This document shows positions 63,649 through 64,000 of a stretch of 64,000 nucleotides of DNA, piece by piece (position 1 is the first letter of the stretch; each line of letters begins with the position of its first letter). Both the position numbers and the translations under genes were made by a program. The notes below the pieces were generated by a model. The model did no database searches. It worked only from the letters and a program-made list of their open reading frames with translations, and was not told the DNA's origin. The DNA comes from an uncultured Bacteroidales bacterium (GTDB lineage Bacteria; Bacteroidota; Bacteroidia; Bacteroidales; FEN-979), in the NCBI GenBank assembly GCA_903913885.1, contig CAIWMX010000009.1, positions 1,176-65,175 of the forward strand. Reading direction: 5' to 3'.

Positions 63649-64000
63649 TTACCATGACAATATTTGTTTAACCTCGCCGGGCGTACATATTTTTTGTTCG
63701 CCCGAACGCATGTCTTTAAGGGCCATCTGCCCTTGCTCCATTTCATCTTTGCCGACAAGGATCACAAAGGGGATGTTCTTCCGGTTGGCATACTCCATCT
63801 GTTTTTTCAGTTTGGAGGGATCGGGATAGAGTTCTGCAGGTATGCCTGCCTTGCGGAGATCTGCAAGTTGTTTCAGGCAATATTTTTCTTCTTCAGTCCC
63901 GAAATTTACAAACAGGACCCTGGATACCGCCTGGAGGGTTTCGGGAAAGAGTTTTAATTCACTCATAACATCACAGATGCGGTCGGCACCGAAGGAAATG
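63649..64000 (-). CDS. hisS: Histidine--tRNA ligase, C-terminal fragment (5' end outside the window)
   Basis: The frame is open to the window edge (...ISFGADRICDVMSELKLFPE...). The anticodon-binding domain reads VLFVNFGTEEEKYCLKQLADLRKAGIPAELYPD..KLKKQMEYANRKNIPFVILVGKDEMEQGQMALKDMRSGEQ. Confidence 0.85.
   Translation of the reverse strand, partial: ISFGADRICDVMSELKLFPETLQAVSRVLFVNFGTEEEKYCLKQLADLRKAGIPAELYPDPSKLKKQMEYANRKNIPFVILVGKDEMEQGQMALKDMRSGEQKICTPGEVKQILSW

Noticed and set aside
1-64000. Looked for mobile elements, prophage remnants, tRNA/rRNA/tmRNA genes, integration sites and obvious compositional islands.
   Set aside because: No transposase, integrase, recombinase or phage structural motifs were found in any frame. 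No cloverleaf-like sequences were evident in the larger spacers (4324-4546, 14896-15106, 18592-18845, 27756-28048, 60211-60496). Composition looks uniform by eye, but this was not computed.

Overview
This is a densely packed chromosomal segment of a Bacteroidota-type genome. Supporting signs are three T9SS C-terminal sorting domains, a SusC/SusD pair, DUF5686/CarboxypepD_reg outer-membrane proteins and TAnnTTTG -7 promoter boxes. I call about 56 protein genes. I found no rRNA, tRNA, CRISPR array, transposase, integrase or phage genes, and no recognisable defence island. Housekeeping genes are der (partial), dtd, pdxJ, tatC, tatA, queA, pssA, lptB, kpsF, recQ, deoC, iorAB, hutH and hisS (partial). 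Four accessory modules sit between them. (1) A tight kamA + two Ddl-like ATP-grasp ligases + GNAT operon (11152-14895) predicts a beta-lysine-derived product that fits no characterised beta-lysine pathway I know. (2) A six-gene sulfur-trafficking module (28049-32810) encodes an SQR-like flavoprotein, DUF1641, a single-Cys TusE/DsrC, DsrE-like, a class-V PLP enzyme and DUF2892. (3) An alpha-oxoamine synthase / GNAT-like / SDR / GNAT-like cluster (50782-55318) follows ceramide- or sulfonolipid-type logic and carries a duplicated acyltransferase. (4) Two convergent, very large streptopain-like (C10) T9SS proteases lie at 22613-27755. The most unusual non-coding signal is at five junctions between co-directional genes, which carry tandem 7-8 nt (in one case ~10-11 nt) micro-repeat arrays, each with its own motif: (CCACGTC)n, which is G-quadruplex-capable on the sense strand; inverted (TTACGAT)n/(ATCGTAA)n; (AGGTAGCG)9; CGCAGAT-type inverted arrays; and (AAATTAA)4 + (CCTGCATT)4. 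They start within a few nt of the upstream stop codon at four of the five junctions. The hutH gene encodes Ala-Cys-Gly instead of the canonical Ala-Ser-Gly MIO triad. All functional calls rest on motif recognition by eye, and no database search was run.
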